50,509 bases of DNA from an uncultured archaeon (GCA_964461205.1 CAYWUL010000003.1:4232-54740), one strand, 5' to 3'. Shown: positions 1-10,094, counted from the first letter of the stretch. Numbers and translations are program-made. The notes: generated by a model from the letters alone, not told the origin.

Positions 1-2
1 TT

Positions 3-482
3 GTTCTAAAAGGAAGAACTGTTGAAGAATCAGTTGATTTGTATTTCTTGGTTGAAAAAAGATTGCTTGATGTATCATTAAACAATTATTCTGTTCAAAC
101 TCTTGTTGGTGAAAAAGCAGAGTATGAATTTTCGCTGATAAATAATTCTCATGCTGATGCTGAATTCAAAATTCAAACTTCTTTGCCTTGGTATTGGTTA
201 TCAAACCCAGCAAGCACTTCAATGTACAAAACAATTATTGTTCCAAAAAAGTCTGTTGTTAAAGAAAAATTAGTTGTCATTCCAAAAACACCCGGAGAAT
301 TATATTTTACTTCAAAAATAATAATGAACACAAGTGAAACAAAAGAATTTTCGCATTATTTGGATTCTAAACCTACATTAAAATCAAAGTTTAATTCAGT
401 TTTGAATGGTCTTCCGTTTTATTCGATTTCTCAACTGCCTAGTTATTTTGTTACTGGTTTATTCTCATTGCTTTTTAACTAA
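3..482 (+). CDS. Partial (5'-truncated) hypothetical protein, beta-rich Ig-like surface/membrane protein
   Basis: The frame is open from the window edge. Beta-strand-like pattern (EYEFSLINNS...EFKIQT) and a hydrophobic C-terminus. Confidence 0.55.
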   Translation, partial: VLKGRTVEESVDLYFLVEKRLLDVSLNNYSVQTLVGEKAEYEFSLINNSHADAEFKIQTSLPWYWLSNPASTSMYKTIIVPKKSVVKEKLVVIPKTPGELYFTSKIIMNTSETKEFSHYLDSKPTLKSKFNSVLNGLPFYSISQLPSYFVTGLFSLLFN

Positions 483-501
483 GTCTTAATAGTGAATTAA
501 T

Positions 502-2088
502 ATGGGTAAGGATAATGCCAAGATTTTGTTTGCCGAACAGATTTTAAAAGAAATAAATAATAAAAAAATAAATTCTCTAAGAGATTTTGAGTTAAGGCAA
601 TTTAGTTTGTGTAAAGAAATTGGTTTAAGTTCTATTCCGTCAAGATCTTTTATTTTAAAACAAGAAAAGAAACCAACAAAAAAAATGAAAGAAATTCTTT
701 CAATAAAACCAACAAGAACGCTTTCAGGAGTTCAAGTTGTTGCAGTAATGCTTCCTCCTTTTGATTGTCCCGGGGAATGTATTTATTGTCCTTCTTCTTT
801 TGAAGGAAAGAAGTCTCCACAGTCATACACTGGGTTTGAGCCGTCTTCTTTAAGAGCACAGAGATTGAATTTTGATCCTTTTGCAATTGTTTCAAATAGG
901 ATTTCTCAGTTTGATTCTATGGGGCACAGGGCAGAAAAAATCGAATTAATTTTTCAAGGAAGTTCATTTACGTGTCTTCCAAAAAAAAAGCAAGAAATTA
1001 TTATAAAAAAAAGTATTGATGCTGTTACTGAAAAAAAGTCATTAACATTTAAGCAGGCGAAAAAAAATGCCGAAAACTCTAAGAGAAGAATTGTTGGTAT
1101 GACTTTTGAAACAAGGCCTGATTATTGTTCAAAAAAAGATATTGAACAAATGCTCTATTTGGGTGGAACAAGAGTTGAAATTGGTGTTCAAAATCCTGAT
1201 GAAGAAGTTTATTCAAGAATAAAACGTGGTCACACAATAAATGATGTTGTTAATTCAACTCGATTACTAAAAGATTCCGGGTTCAAAGTTTTGTATCATT
1301 TAATGCCAGGCCTTCCGGGGAGTGATTATAAAAAAGATCTGAAAAACTTTAAGAGCATTTTTACAAATCAAGATTTCATGCCCGACATGGTAAAGTTTTA
1401 TCCCTGTTTAGTAATAAAAGGAACAAAATTGTATGATGAATGGAAAAAAGGGGAGTTTGTTCCATTGGATGAAAAAAAAGCAGTAAAGATGCTTGCTGAA
1501 ATAAAAGAAACGATTCCAAAATGGGTTAGAATAATGCGCGTTAACAGAGATATTCCTAGCAATGTTATTTCTGGAGGAATACAAAAAACCAATTTAAGAC
1601 AATTTGTTCATGAAGAAATGAAGAAGAGTGGAACAAAATGTAATTGTATTCGTTGTAGAGAAATTGGTTTAAAGAGTCGCGGCGATAAAGAATTTGATTT
1701 ATTAAGCGAAAAACCAAGGTTAGAAAAAATTTCTTATAATGCTTCAAATGGAGAGGAAACATTTATTTCTTTTGAATCAAAAAATTATTTGTTTGGTTTT
1801 GTTCGTGTGAGAAAACCTTTCGAGCCGTTCATGAAACAAATTACTGACAAAACTGCTTTAATTAGAGAAATACATGTTTATGGACAAGCCTTAGAGTTGG
1901 GCAAAAAGGATCCTTTGGCAGCACAGCACAGGGGGCTTGGAAAGCTCTTGATGCAGGAAGCAGAAAATACTGCAAGAGGATTTGGCGCAAACAAGATGGT
2001 TGTTATTTCTGGTTTAGGGGTAAGAGAATATTATAAGAAAAACTTTGGTTATAAAATAGAAGAACCATTCGTGTCTAAAAAGATTTAA
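502..2088 (+). CDS. elp3: tRNA uridine(34) acetyltransferase Elp3 (radical SAM + GNAT)
   Basis: CPGECIYC radical-SAM motif, ETRPD, RVEIGVQ, RVNRDIP, C-terminal QHRGLGKLLM GNAT motif, ISGLGVREYY. Confidence 0.95.
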   Translation: MGKDNAKILFAEQILKEINNKKINSLRDFELRQFSLCKEIGLSSIPSRSFILKQEKKPTKKMKEILSIKPTRTLSGVQVVAVMLPPFDCPGECIYCPSSFEGKKSPQSYTGFEPSSLRAQRLNFDPFAIVSNRISQFDSMGHRAEKIELIFQGSSFTCLPKKKQEIIIKKSIDAVTEKKSLTFKQAKKNAENSKRRIVGMTFETRPDYCSKKDIEQMLYLGGTRVEIGVQNPDEEVYSRIKRGHTINDVVNSTRLLKDSGFKVLYHLMPGLPGSDYKKDLKNFKSIFTNQDFMPDMVKFYPCLVIKGTKLYDEWKKGEFVPLDEKKAVKMLAEIKETIPKWVRIMRVNRDIPSNVISGGIQKTNLRQFVHEEMKKSGTKCNCIRCREIGLKSRGDKEFDLLSEKPRLEKISYNASNGEETFISFESKNYLFGFVRVRKPFEPFMKQITDKTALIREIHVYGQALELGKKDPLAAQHRGLGKLLMQEAENTARGFGANKMVVISGLGVREYYKKNFGYKIEEPFVSKKI

Positions 2089-2110
2089 TTGTTATGTTCT
2101 TAATTTTATT

Positions 2111-2470
2111 ATGTTTGAATTAGTTTTGTTAATAATTGTAATAGTTCTTGTAGTTCTTCTTGTTCTTGCATTCTTGTATATTTCTGCATTAAAATCAGAT
2201 CTTTCTTCATTATTATTTTCAAAACAATCTCAAAGCGTTAAATATGGACAACTTACTGAACAATGGATTCCTTTTAGTGGCAAGTTTCCTTTTTCTTCCC
2301 AAAATTTTCGTTTTATTGGAAAACCAATTGATGGGCTTTGTTTTGAAGATGACAAAGTTGTTTTTGTTGAGTTTAAATCAAACACTTCTGGGTTGAGCCA
2401 AACCCAGAGAAAAATAAAAGAGTTAATAGAAAACAAAAAAGTAGAGTGGTTTGAATTAAAAATAAAATAA
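2111..2470 (+). CDS. Membrane-anchored Holliday junction resolvase-like PD-(D/E)xK endonuclease
   Basis: N-terminal TM helix followed by GQLTEQ...RFIGKPIDGLCF...FVEFKS, matching the Endonuc_Holl family pattern. Confidence 0.8.
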   Translation: MFELVLLIIVIVLVVLLVLAFLYISALKSDLSSLLFSKQSQSVKYGQLTEQWIPFSGKFPFSSQNFRFIGKPIDGLCFEDDKVVFVEFKSNTSGLSQTQRKIKELIENKKVEWFELKIK

Positions 2471-2504
2471 TAAAATGACTAAATTTTTATTTTTGGGGTC
2501 ATAA

Positions 2505-3536
2505 TTATTTTCTATAATGTAATAGTGCTATTGCTCCGCCAAAATTGTGAATTGTTTTTTCTTGTGGATTCTTAGAAGAAATAATATGCACTTCACAATT
2601 AAATTTGTCAGCAATATTCATTATTTCTTCTGCTTTGTTTCTGTTTTCCATTAAAAAAGTTTCACTTAAAATTAGTTTAGAAACCATTCCATTATTAATG
2701 GCATTAAGAATTTCTTTTTGTCCATATTCTGCTTTTTCTTTTGCAACACATAGCAAGACCTCTTCGATTAATTTTGATTCTTTTGTTAATTGTAATTCTT
2801 TTTCAATTGAATCAAGTTTCCCTTGGCTAATTAATTCTCTAAAACCGGTTTCTCCAACAGAATTTAGTGATTCTAAAATTATTTTTGGAAATCCTGCAAT
2901 CTTTTTGTCTTCAACAAACTTTTTGAAATTCTCTTTTGTAAAACCAGGCCCGGCAACAAGAACTTTTTTTGGAGCCAACCTAATAATTTCTTCGAGTACT
3001 TTGTCAAAATAATTGCTTTTTTCTTCTTTGAACATTTTTCCTTGTTTTTGTGCATTAATAGAAGCTTTTTTTTGTATTGAGAATTGGTTTACAAAAGCAA
3101 GCTCTGTTTTTTCATCATCCATCATTATTACAAGCATCTTGCTTGTTGCGCTTTCTTTTTCAGCCTTCCTTAATCTTTCTATTTGCCATTTTTTTATTTC
3201 TTTTTTTTGTATCTTTGTTTTTTCGCCAACTTTTATGTCAATACTATGATGGGCTTTTAATTCAACTAAGTCTTTTGGTTTCCCATCAACAATAATACCA
3301 CTAATTCTAAGATTTTCGCTAAACTCTTGAAAATGCACATTTTCAACTTGGATATGTACAAAAATTGTTTCTCGGATAACTTTTTCTCCTTCTTTTGAAG
3401 GTTTTATTTTTCTATCGGTCTTTCCTATAACAATGTCATCTTTTTCTATTATTTTTTCAAGATGCCATAAATCATCAAGGATTTCTGGAAAAACAATTAT
3501 CTCATTAATTTTTTTATCAATTTTTATGATTTTCAT
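2505..3536 (-). CDS. pelA: Pelota/Dom34 ribosome rescue factor
   Basis: PEILDDLWHL, LRISGII, HHSI, AGPGFTK, FGGAIALL motifs. Start taken at MKII (3536). Confidence 0.93.
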   Translation of the reverse strand: MKIIKIDKKINEIIVFPEILDDLWHLEKIIEKDDIVIGKTDRKIKPSKEGEKVIRETIFVHIQVENVHFQEFSENLRISGIIVDGKPKDLVELKAHHSIDIKVGEKTKIQKKEIKKWQIERLRKAEKESATSKMLVIMMDDEKTELAFVNQFSIQKKASINAQKQGKMFKEEKSNYFDKVLEEIIRLAPKKVLVAGPGFTKENFKKFVEDKKIAGFPKIILESLNSVGETGFRELISQGKLDSIEKELQLTKESKLIEEVLLCVAKEKAEYGQKEILNAINNGMVSKLILSETFLMENRNKAEEIMNIADKFNCEVHIISSKNPQEKTIHNFGGAIALLHYRK

Positions 3537-3591
3537 GAAATAATGGTTTTCCAAAGAGTTTTAAATCAATTTGGCTCACCAATTATGCTGT

Positions 3592-4017
3592 ATGTCACAA
3601 AAAGAATTGTCAAAAAAAAACGCCGATGCAATGGCTTCAATAGTTGAGGCAATTGTTACCAATGAAAAAGGGCAAATCTTGTTGTTGAAAAGAAGCGAGA
3701 ATAATACTTTTTTTTGTGGTCAATGGCAATTACCTGGTGGAAAAGTAGAGTTTGGAGAAAAAGTTAGAGATGGAATAAAGAGAGAAATAATGGAAGAAAC
3801 TGGTTGTAAATGCAAGGATTTGAAAATAAATAAAGTGTATTCTTTTGAGAAGGCCTTTAATGGTTTTAAAGGAAGTCTTTTTTTGATGGTTTTTAATTGT
3901 AAGTTAGATGGGAAATTAAAATTGAGTGCTGATCATACTGAATCAAAGTTTTTTGATTTGAACAAAATTGATAAGAGTGCTTTAACTCCTATTTCAAAAA
4001 AATCTATTTTTGGCTAG
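3592..4017 (+). CDS. NUDIX hydrolase (MutT-like)
   Basis: Nudix box GGKVEFGEKVRDGIKREIMEETG. Confidence 0.9.
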   Translation: MSQKELSKKNADAMASIVEAIVTNEKGQILLLKRSENNTFFCGQWQLPGGKVEFGEKVRDGIKREIMEETGCKCKDLKINKVYSFEKAFNGFKGSLFLMVFNCKLDGKLKLSADHTESKFFDLNKIDKSALTPISKKSIFG

Positions 4018-4023
4018 TTTTTT

Positions 4024-5766
4024 CTAATTACTATAATAAGATTTTTTTTGTTTTTGTTCTTTGTCTAATACAGAATCAAATTTGTTTATTCGTGGTCTCT
4101 TTGTTTGAGGATCTCTTCTAACAGTTATTTCTAAATATTCTAATAATTCGTTCATTCCTTTTTCTACTGTAAATGGTCCTGATGCCTCTCCTTTGATTGA
4201 AGGGTCTCCCTTAAAAACCATTAATTTATCACTGACATAATCAACAAAAGTTAAATCGTGGTCAATTATCATTGCTGAACAATCATTTAGCACAATATGG
4301 TTTCTAATAACTTTTCCAATTGCGAGTCGTTGTTCTACGTCTAGATAGGCGGATGGTTCATCTAAAAGATAGATGTCTGCTTTCTTACTCAAACAAAGCG
4401 CGATTGCTACTCTTTGTAGTTCTCCTCCAGAAAGAGTTTTTGCTTTCTTTCCCATTAGGTCTTGTAATTCAAGAGACTTAACAAAGGACTTTTTGAATTC
4501 TTTCAAATGAGTATCGTCAAATAATTCTTCAACTGTTTTGTTTCCATCATAACTAATATATTGTGGCTTGTAAGAAATTTTTGCACTTTGTTCTAGTTCG
4601 CAATTATCTGGTTTGATTTCTTTTGCTAATAATTTCATAAAAGTTGTTTTTCCTATTCCGTTTGGTCCAACAATTCCAACAATCTGGTTTTGTTTTATTT
4701 CATTTTCTTTAACTTTCAATTTAAAAGTGCCAAGTTTTTTTTCTATGTGTGGCCAACTAATTATTGTTTTTCCTTTTGAAGTTTCATTTCTGTTTCCTGA
4801 AAAGAAATCGATTGTGCTTTCTCTAAACCTATAATTTTCTTCTCTTGAATAACCTTCTAAATAATCGTTTATTCCTTCTTTTGTTGTTTTTATTTGCGAA
4901 ACAAAGCCATACACTCTCGGCTTTCCATAAATTAGGTGTATATAGTCACTCAAATAATCTAATAATATTAAATCGTGTTCAACAACCAGTACTGGTTTTG
5001 TTTCAGATATTTTTCTAATAAATTTTGCTACTCTTAGTCTTTCTCGTATATCTAAAAAAGAAGTTGGTTCATCAAAAAAATAAAGGTCTGCTTTTTTTAA
5101 TCCTGTGGCAGCGATAGCAATCTTTTGGAATTCTCCGCCTGACAATTTTGAAATATCTTTATCTAACAAATTTTCCAAGGCTAGTTCGCTTGTAACTTCT
5201 TTTAATCTGTTTTCTTCATCAACTTTTTTTAACAGAGTAACGACTTTTCCTTTTGTATTTAATCCTTCAATATGTTGTGGTTTTACGGCGACTTTGAAAC
5301 CAGAATACAATTGTTTGAAAAATTCTTGTTCTTCTCTTCCTTTATAATATTCCAAGACCCTTTCTTTTTTTCCTTCGTCTTCTCCGAAGTTTTGTATTAT
5401 GTCTCCTGAAAGTATTTTTATGATTGTTGTTTTTCCAATACCATTTCTTCCAACGAGTCCAATGGTTCCTTTTTTTGGTACGGGTAAACCAAATAATCTG
5501 AAGGCATTTTGTCCATATGAATGAACGGGGTCTTTTAAGTCAATTGAAATATTAACAATGCTTATTGCATGAAATGGACATCTGTTTTGACAAATCTCGC
5601 AACCAATGCATAGTTCTTCTGAAATAATCGGTTTTTCGCCTTGTTTATGTGTTATGCATTCTTTTTCGTTTCTATTTACTGGGCACACCTTACTACACAA
5701 GTAATTACCGCATTTTTCAAAATTGCATTTATCGTATTCGATTACTGCTATTCTTTTCTTACTCAT
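4024..5766 (-). CDS. rli: ABCE1/RLI ribosome recycling ATPase
   Basis: N-terminal Fe-S cysteines (CSKVCP, CIGCEICQNRCPF), two Walker A motifs (GRNGIGKT, GPNGIGKT), two LSGGE signatures, C-terminal RPRINK. Start taken at MSKKRIA (5766). Confidence 0.96.
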   Translation of the reverse strand: MSKKRIAVIEYDKCNFEKCGNYLCSKVCPVNRNEKECITHKQGEKPIISEELCIGCEICQNRCPFHAISIVNISIDLKDPVHSYGQNAFRLFGLPVPKKGTIGLVGRNGIGKTTIIKILSGDIIQNFGEDEGKKERVLEYYKGREEQEFFKQLYSGFKVAVKPQHIEGLNTKGKVVTLLKKVDEENRLKEVTSELALENLLDKDISKLSGGEFQKIAIAATGLKKADLYFFDEPTSFLDIRERLRVAKFIRKISETKPVLVVEHDLILLDYLSDYIHLIYGKPRVYGFVSQIKTTKEGINDYLEGYSREENYRFRESTIDFFSGNRNETSKGKTIISWPHIEKKLGTFKLKVKENEIKQNQIVGIVGPNGIGKTTFMKLLAKEIKPDNCELEQSAKISYKPQYISYDGNKTVEELFDDTHLKEFKKSFVKSLELQDLMGKKAKTLSGGELQRVAIALCLSKKADIYLLDEPSAYLDVEQRLAIGKVIRNHIVLNDCSAMIIDHDLTFVDYVSDKLMVFKGDPSIKGEASGPFTVEKGMNELLEYLEITVRRDPQTKRPRINKFDSVLDKEQKQKKSYYSN

Positions 5767-5809
5767 AAGAAAATAACTTGTGGAAAAGTATTTATAGTTT
5801 AATAAGGGG

Positions 5810-6214
5810 CTATTCTTTCCTAATTTCAACGATTTTATTGAGGTCTAGCTCGAATTGGGTTGCTGAAAAGTCTCTTGAAAAATGACATATTAGAAATCCT
5901 TGGGCAATATTTCCTGAAACAGCAAAAGAAGGATTGTTGCATTCTAACCAACTATTTCCATTTAGTTCTAAGGAATTTATTATTAAGTCTGAATTTGTGT
6001 CAATACAATTTTTTATTTCAATAGTACTTTTTTCCCAGTTACAATCTTGCGAAATGTGATTTAGTGTTATTTGGTAATTATTTAAAATAGTTTTTGTTTC
6101 GGATAATTCTTCGATGTAACTTATTTCGCTAGAAGAATAATTCATGCTCAACAAGACTATTGCTGTTACAAGAACAGCTATCGAAACGATTATTGTTGCA
6201 AACCCTTTGTTCAT
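5810..6214 (-). CDS. Pilin-like protein with class III signal peptide
   Basis: MNKG|FATII followed by a hydrophobic helix; part of an overlapping operon. Confidence 0.65.
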   Translation of the reverse strand: MNKGFATIIVSIAVLVTAIVLLSMNYSSSEISYIEELSETKTILNNYQITLNHISQDCNWEKSTIEIKNCIDTNSDLIINSLELNGNSWLECNNPSFAVSGNIAQGFLICHFSRDFSATQFELDLNKIVEIRKE

Positions 6215-6474
6215 TCAATTCCCTCGCAGAAAGTTTTATCTTTTAATTCGTTATTTTCATAATAAATTATTTTTACACAATATTGTGTTGTTAATTCGCC
6301 ACTGGTTGGAATTTCGTTAAAATAAAAGGAATTTGTTGCACTTCCTTGACTCTGAATTATTAAATATTCATTATTTTCATTTTCTCCAATGATTGGTGTG
6401 CCTAAGATTACTAATGCGACAATAAGAATACTGATTGAAAATAATGCTTCGATAGAAAAAATAAATCCCTTCAT
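6211..6474 (-). CDS. Pilin-like protein with class III signal peptide
   Basis: MKG|FIFSIEALF followed by a hydrophobic helix. Confidence 0.75.
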   Translation of the reverse strand: MKGFIFSIEALFSISILIVALVILGTPIIGENENNEYLIIQSQGSATNSFYFNEIPTSGELTTQYCVKIIYYENNELKDKTFCEGIE

Positions 6475-6944
6475 CTACTCACCCGTATATTTAATACTTT
6501 TTTTTGTGTTCCGCAACTTCCTTCTAAACAATTTTGTAATTCAGAAAAGCTAATCCCATTATTACATTCTAAAACATCAACTTCCACGGAAAAAATTTCT
6601 TCACCCATTTCTTCAGAAAAAAGTTCTGCGTTATCAATGAAAATAGAGGCCTTGTGTTTTTGTAATCCTAAATATTCTTTTATTTCAGTGAGGCTCGTGC
6701 TAGAAAGAACCGTGTTATCAATAGAAAACGCAATGTTTGAATTATTCATTTTGCAAGAATAATTTCCGTTTGACAAAGCAAGCAATGCTGAATTTGCTTT
6801 GTTTTGTAATTCTTTGTCTAAGAGCCCCTCTTTGATTTCGTGTGTTTTTATTTCAGCAGTATTAATCATTAATGCGAGAAACAAAATTATTATTGTCATT
6901 GCGATTATAAAATCTAGGGAAAAGATTTGTCCTTTATGGTGCAT
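6471..6944 (-). CDS. Pilin-like protein with class III signal peptide
   Basis: HKG|QIFSLDFII followed by a hydrophobic helix. Confidence 0.78.
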   Translation of the reverse strand: MHHKGQIFSLDFIIAMTIIILFLALMINTAEIKTHEIKEGLLDKELQNKANSALLALSNGNYSCKMNNSNIAFSIDNTVLSSTSLTEIKEYLGLQKHKASIFIDNAELFSEEMGEEIFSVEVDVLECNNGISFSELQNCLEGSCGTQKKVLNIRVSR

Positions 6945-7314
6945 TTTTTATCACCACTATTCCATTTTCTATTTCAACATCTAGCCCTGTGCCAAAATTT
7001 GAGGTTCCTTTTTTTTCGAAACCATTAATTTCAACTATTAAATTGTTATCTGAAATACTAATGTTTGGATATTCTTTTGTATTTCCAAATGTTACTTGGC
7101 GAGGAATGATTCGTGCAGTAAAATTATAGTCATCTAGAACATGGCTTGAAGTTATAATTGAAGTATAATTGCTTGCCAATAAGTGTAATTGGTTTTCTGT
7201 TAGTATTGATTCGTATGAATCTTGGTAATTATGGATTAAGAAAAAGAAGCCCCCTATGGCAATTATTACTACTACGAGAGTAATTAATAGATCAAGACTA
7301 ATTTGTCCGCGCAT
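6934..7314 (-). CDS. Pilin-like protein with class III signal peptide
   Basis: MRG|QISLDLLI followed by a hydrophobic helix. Confidence 0.8.
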   Translation of the reverse strand: MRGQISLDLLITLVVVIIAIGGFFFLIHNYQDSYESILTENQLHLLASNYTSIITSSHVLDDYNFTARIIPRQVTFGNTKEYPNISISDNNLIVEINGFEKKGTSNFGTGLDVEIENGIVVIKNAP

Positions 7315-7350
7315 AAAACACTATTATTACTTTTCTTTTTAATACTGTGC

Positions 7351-7710
7351 TTAGTCAATTATTTTTATTGTATTGGCTTGTCCTTGCTTATCAAAAAAAG
7401 CAAATTCTCTTATTGGCAAACTTAAAATAATATTAATGTCAAATCTTCTAAAAAATTTTAGATCTGCCCGACTTGGCATTGCTACCCCGTTAGGATGTGA
7501 GTGAAAACTACCAATAATAGTATCATCCATTGGAAAAGAATGTAAATTAATACTTGAAGAAGTTTTTCCATTCCAGGTGGGTAATATTACAACTTCTTCA
7601 ATTGTTTGTTCTTTTTTATTCCCTCCTAAAAAACAAAGAAATTCGTCGGGAAGATAATTATGTGCTGTTACCATTAGGTCTTCTAAAATGGTTTTTTTTA
7701 TTTGCCACAT
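7351..7710 (-). CDS. JAB/MPN+ (JAMM) metalloprotease
   Basis: N-terminal Glu (PDEF) plus HSHPNGVAMPSRAD, an intact HxH-x7-S-x2-D motif. Confidence 0.9.
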   Translation of the reverse strand: MWQIKKTILEDLMVTAHNYLPDEFLCFLGGNKKEQTIEEVVILPTWNGKTSSSINLHSFPMDDTIIGSFHSHPNGVAMPSRADLKFFRRFDINIILSLPIREFAFFDKQGQANTIKIID

Positions 7711-7713
7711 ACA

Positions 7714-8871
7714 TTATATTAGAACAAATAAATAGAAAAATAGAACTGGGACAATTAATGCTCCGAGACAAGTGCTTCTTTTTATTTTCCAATACACTGC
7801 TAATAAACCAAGTGCACAAGAAAAGCTCATTGCAATAATCCCAATAAAATTATTGAAAAAGAAAACAAGAAAAACCATTAGAATAATGCTGAGTATTTCT
7901 GAAATATTGATTATTTTTTTTGAGAATATTTTTATTGCTTTTTTTGAAATGAGTATTGTTGCGCTTCCGCCTATTCCTGCCGCGATGATTATTGCAATAA
8001 AACTTAGATAAAATAGATTTTCTGTTAAAAATAATTTTTCATTTAAAAAAAGCATTGCTCCGTTTCTTGCTTTTGATAAGAAAAATAGCATAGGGATAGA
8101 AAAAAAGAAATTGCTTGTATTAATACTTCCCACAAGTGTTAAATAATTTTGTGTTTTTATTTTTTCTCTGAAAGTTTTGATTATTGCTGCTGCCAAATTA
8201 CTTCCTATTCCTGGGATGATTGCTACTATTGCGCCGCCAGCCATTCCAATGACTCCTTCAATTGCCATTTTGAATTCGAATTGTGATTCTTTTTTTTGTT
8301 TTTTATAAAATTTTTCTTTTTGTAGAGAATAAATAACTGTTGGCAAACCAAAATAACCAATAATCAATGGAAATATTTGGTCAACAAAAAACAACCCTTG
8401 TGTTGCAGAGGCAAACAAAACAAATGATGCAAGAACTTTTTTGTATTTTTTTTCACTCAATATTAATACTCCGATTGAAAAAAATAAAACAACTGGAACG
8501 ATTATTGGCATGACTTCTTTGTTTGCATTAATAAAAATTATAAAAAAAGGAAGAAACATTAATCCGGTTATTATTGCTATTAGCCCGCCGAAAACAGTTA
8601 GACAAATTGCCTTGTATGCTTCTCCTTTAAGCGCCATTTTATGTCCTGGAAGAACCCCTTCAAAAGTGCTTGTTTCTGGCACCCCCAAGAATAAAGATGG
8701 GATAAAATCTACAAAACTTTGAGAAACACACATACTTATAACAAACAAACTCATTTCGGGACCAATAAAAGGAACGAGAGTTAATGTGATGGTAATATTG
8801 TTGGTGTGTAATCCCGGAATCAAACCAGTCATTATGCCTACTAATGAACCCGCAATACAATAAATAATCAT
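7714..8871 (-). CDS. TctA/DUF112-like (tripartite tricarboxylate transporter-like) polytopic membrane protein
   Basis: GIMTGLIPGLH, FIPSLFLGVP, VLPGHKMALKG and a repeated IIPGIG motif; many TM helices. Confidence 0.85.
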   Translation of the reverse strand: MIIYCIAGSLVGIMTGLIPGLHTNNITITLTLVPFIGPEMSLFVISMCVSQSFVDFIPSLFLGVPETSTFEGVLPGHKMALKGEAYKAICLTVFGGLIAIITGLMFLPFFIIFINANKEVMPIIVPVVLFFSIGVLILSEKKYKKVLASFVLFASATQGLFFVDQIFPLIIGYFGLPTVIYSLQKEKFYKKQKKESQFEFKMAIEGVIGMAGGAIVAIIPGIGSNLAAAIIKTFREKIKTQNYLTLVGSINTSNFFFSIPMLFFLSKARNGAMLFLNEKLFLTENLFYLSFIAIIIAAGIGGSATILISKKAIKIFSKKIINISEILSIILMVFLVFFFNNFIGIIAMSFSCALGLLAVYWKIKRSTCLGALIVPVLFFYLFVLI

Positions 8872-9197
8872 TTTTTGATCACTTTGTAAGCAAACAATTC
8901 TAGTTTATCATTGTATTTTCTTGTTTCAGCAAAAATAATGACTGTGTCATCGACATTTACTTCTATTTTTTTTGGGTAAAAAACATTGACTTTTTCGTCT
9001 CCTGCCAGAACAAATAACCCTGGTTCAAATTTGATAATATATTCTATTCTTCCTAAAACAATTCCTTTGTTTCCTTCTTTTTCTAGCAAATCCGAAATGC
9101 TTGTTTCTTTGAATTCTTCTTCATAGAAAGCAAAATAAAGAATTACTCCAATTATTACAAATGCGAGACAAATTTTGATGATGTGTGAATCATTCAT
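8868..9197 (-). CDS. Membrane-anchored OB-fold protein
   Basis: N-terminal TM helix, then GIVLGRI...DTVIIFAETRKYNDKLEL, an OB-fold-like strand pattern. Overlaps the TctA-like gene by 4 bp. Confidence 0.65.
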   Translation of the reverse strand: MNDSHIIKICLAFVIIGVILYFAFYEEEFKETSISDLLEKEGNKGIVLGRIEYIIKFEPGLFVLAGDEKVNVFYPKKIEVNVDDTVIIFAETRKYNDKLELFAYKVIKK

Positions 9198-9309
9198 ATT
9201 TGTGCTGTGTTTTGTTTGGTTTTTAAGTTTGATTGTTTTTTCGGGGTTTGCCGAAATATTTCATGCTTTGTCTTTTGCTTTGTTTTCTTTTTTTGATTAG
9301 TGTTTTTGT

Positions 9310-9636
9310 TTATTGATTGATTTCTATTGTGGGTGAAGAAAAATTAGTTCTTTGTACAAGTTTGTTTTGTATTTCTTCCAAATCAAAATCGCTATTTGTT
9401 AAATAATCTGGAGTCATAACAACTCTAAAAATATCAAGATCACTTTTTTCGTATTTCACAGAATTTATTATTACTGTAAAATCTTTTGAGTTAGATTGTT
9501 CTAACAAATCACTTCTAATTATTCCATAAGCCATTGTTGTGTCGTGTGTTTGCATGTAGGCCATCGTGATAAATATTGTGACTGTCATTATTACTAATAC
9601 TAAAAAAAGACTTTCAAAAGCAACTTGTCCTTTCAA
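9310..9636 (-). CDS. Pilin-like protein with class III signal peptide
   Basis: MKG|QVAFESLF followed by a hydrophobic helix. Confidence 0.8.
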   Translation of the reverse strand: MKGQVAFESLFLVLVIMTVTIFITMAYMQTHDTTMAYGIIRSDLLEQSNSKDFTVIINSVKYEKSDLDIFRVVMTPDYLTNSDFDLEEIQNKLVQRTNFSSPTIEINQ

Positions 9637-10094
9637 TTTAATCCCTCTTCAATCACGACCTCGTTTCCGACTTTTGAAATATCGACAACGTGTCTTCCAA
9701 ACAATAATTCTGTTATTTGACAGTCCAATGTAACATTATTTCTTATTGGAAAATTTTTGTCACAAATATTTTCTTTACAAATACTAATTGTTGGGTTTGC
9801 TCCAGTTTCGTTTATTTGTGATTCAAATTTTATTACTTCGCTATCACAAATAATCTTTGAGTTTTTTGGAACAAAAACACTCACCTTGTCTTTTGAGCCA
9901 TTTGCGAGCATTGCAACTTTGTTTATTGAATTAGTTATTTTTTGTGCTTCGTTGCTTGCTCGTGAAACATTTTCTATATCTTCTATTGCGCCTTGACTAT
10001 TCTCAATAATTGGTTTGGTGACTGTAAAAAGATAAATTACAATAATCAATATTATTAGAATGAATTCTAATGCTACTTGTCCTCTGTTCTTCAT
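9633..10094 (-). CDS. Pilin-like protein with class III signal peptide (DUF361-type)
   Basis: KNRG|QVALEFIL followed by a hydrophobic helix. Confidence 0.82.
   Translation of the reverse strand: MKNRGQVALEFILIILIIVIYLFTVTKPIIENSQGAIEDIENVSRASNEAQKITNSINKVAMLANGSKDKVSVFVPKNSKIICDSEVIKFESQINETGANPTISICKENICDKNFPIRNNVTLDCQITELLFGRHVVDISKVGNEVVIEEGLN

Noticed and set aside
9238-9256. TTTCGG/CCGAAA hairpin as a sixth element copy
   Set aside because: It lacks stem 1, the 8-nt loop, hairpin 2 and any adjacent gene-end duplication.
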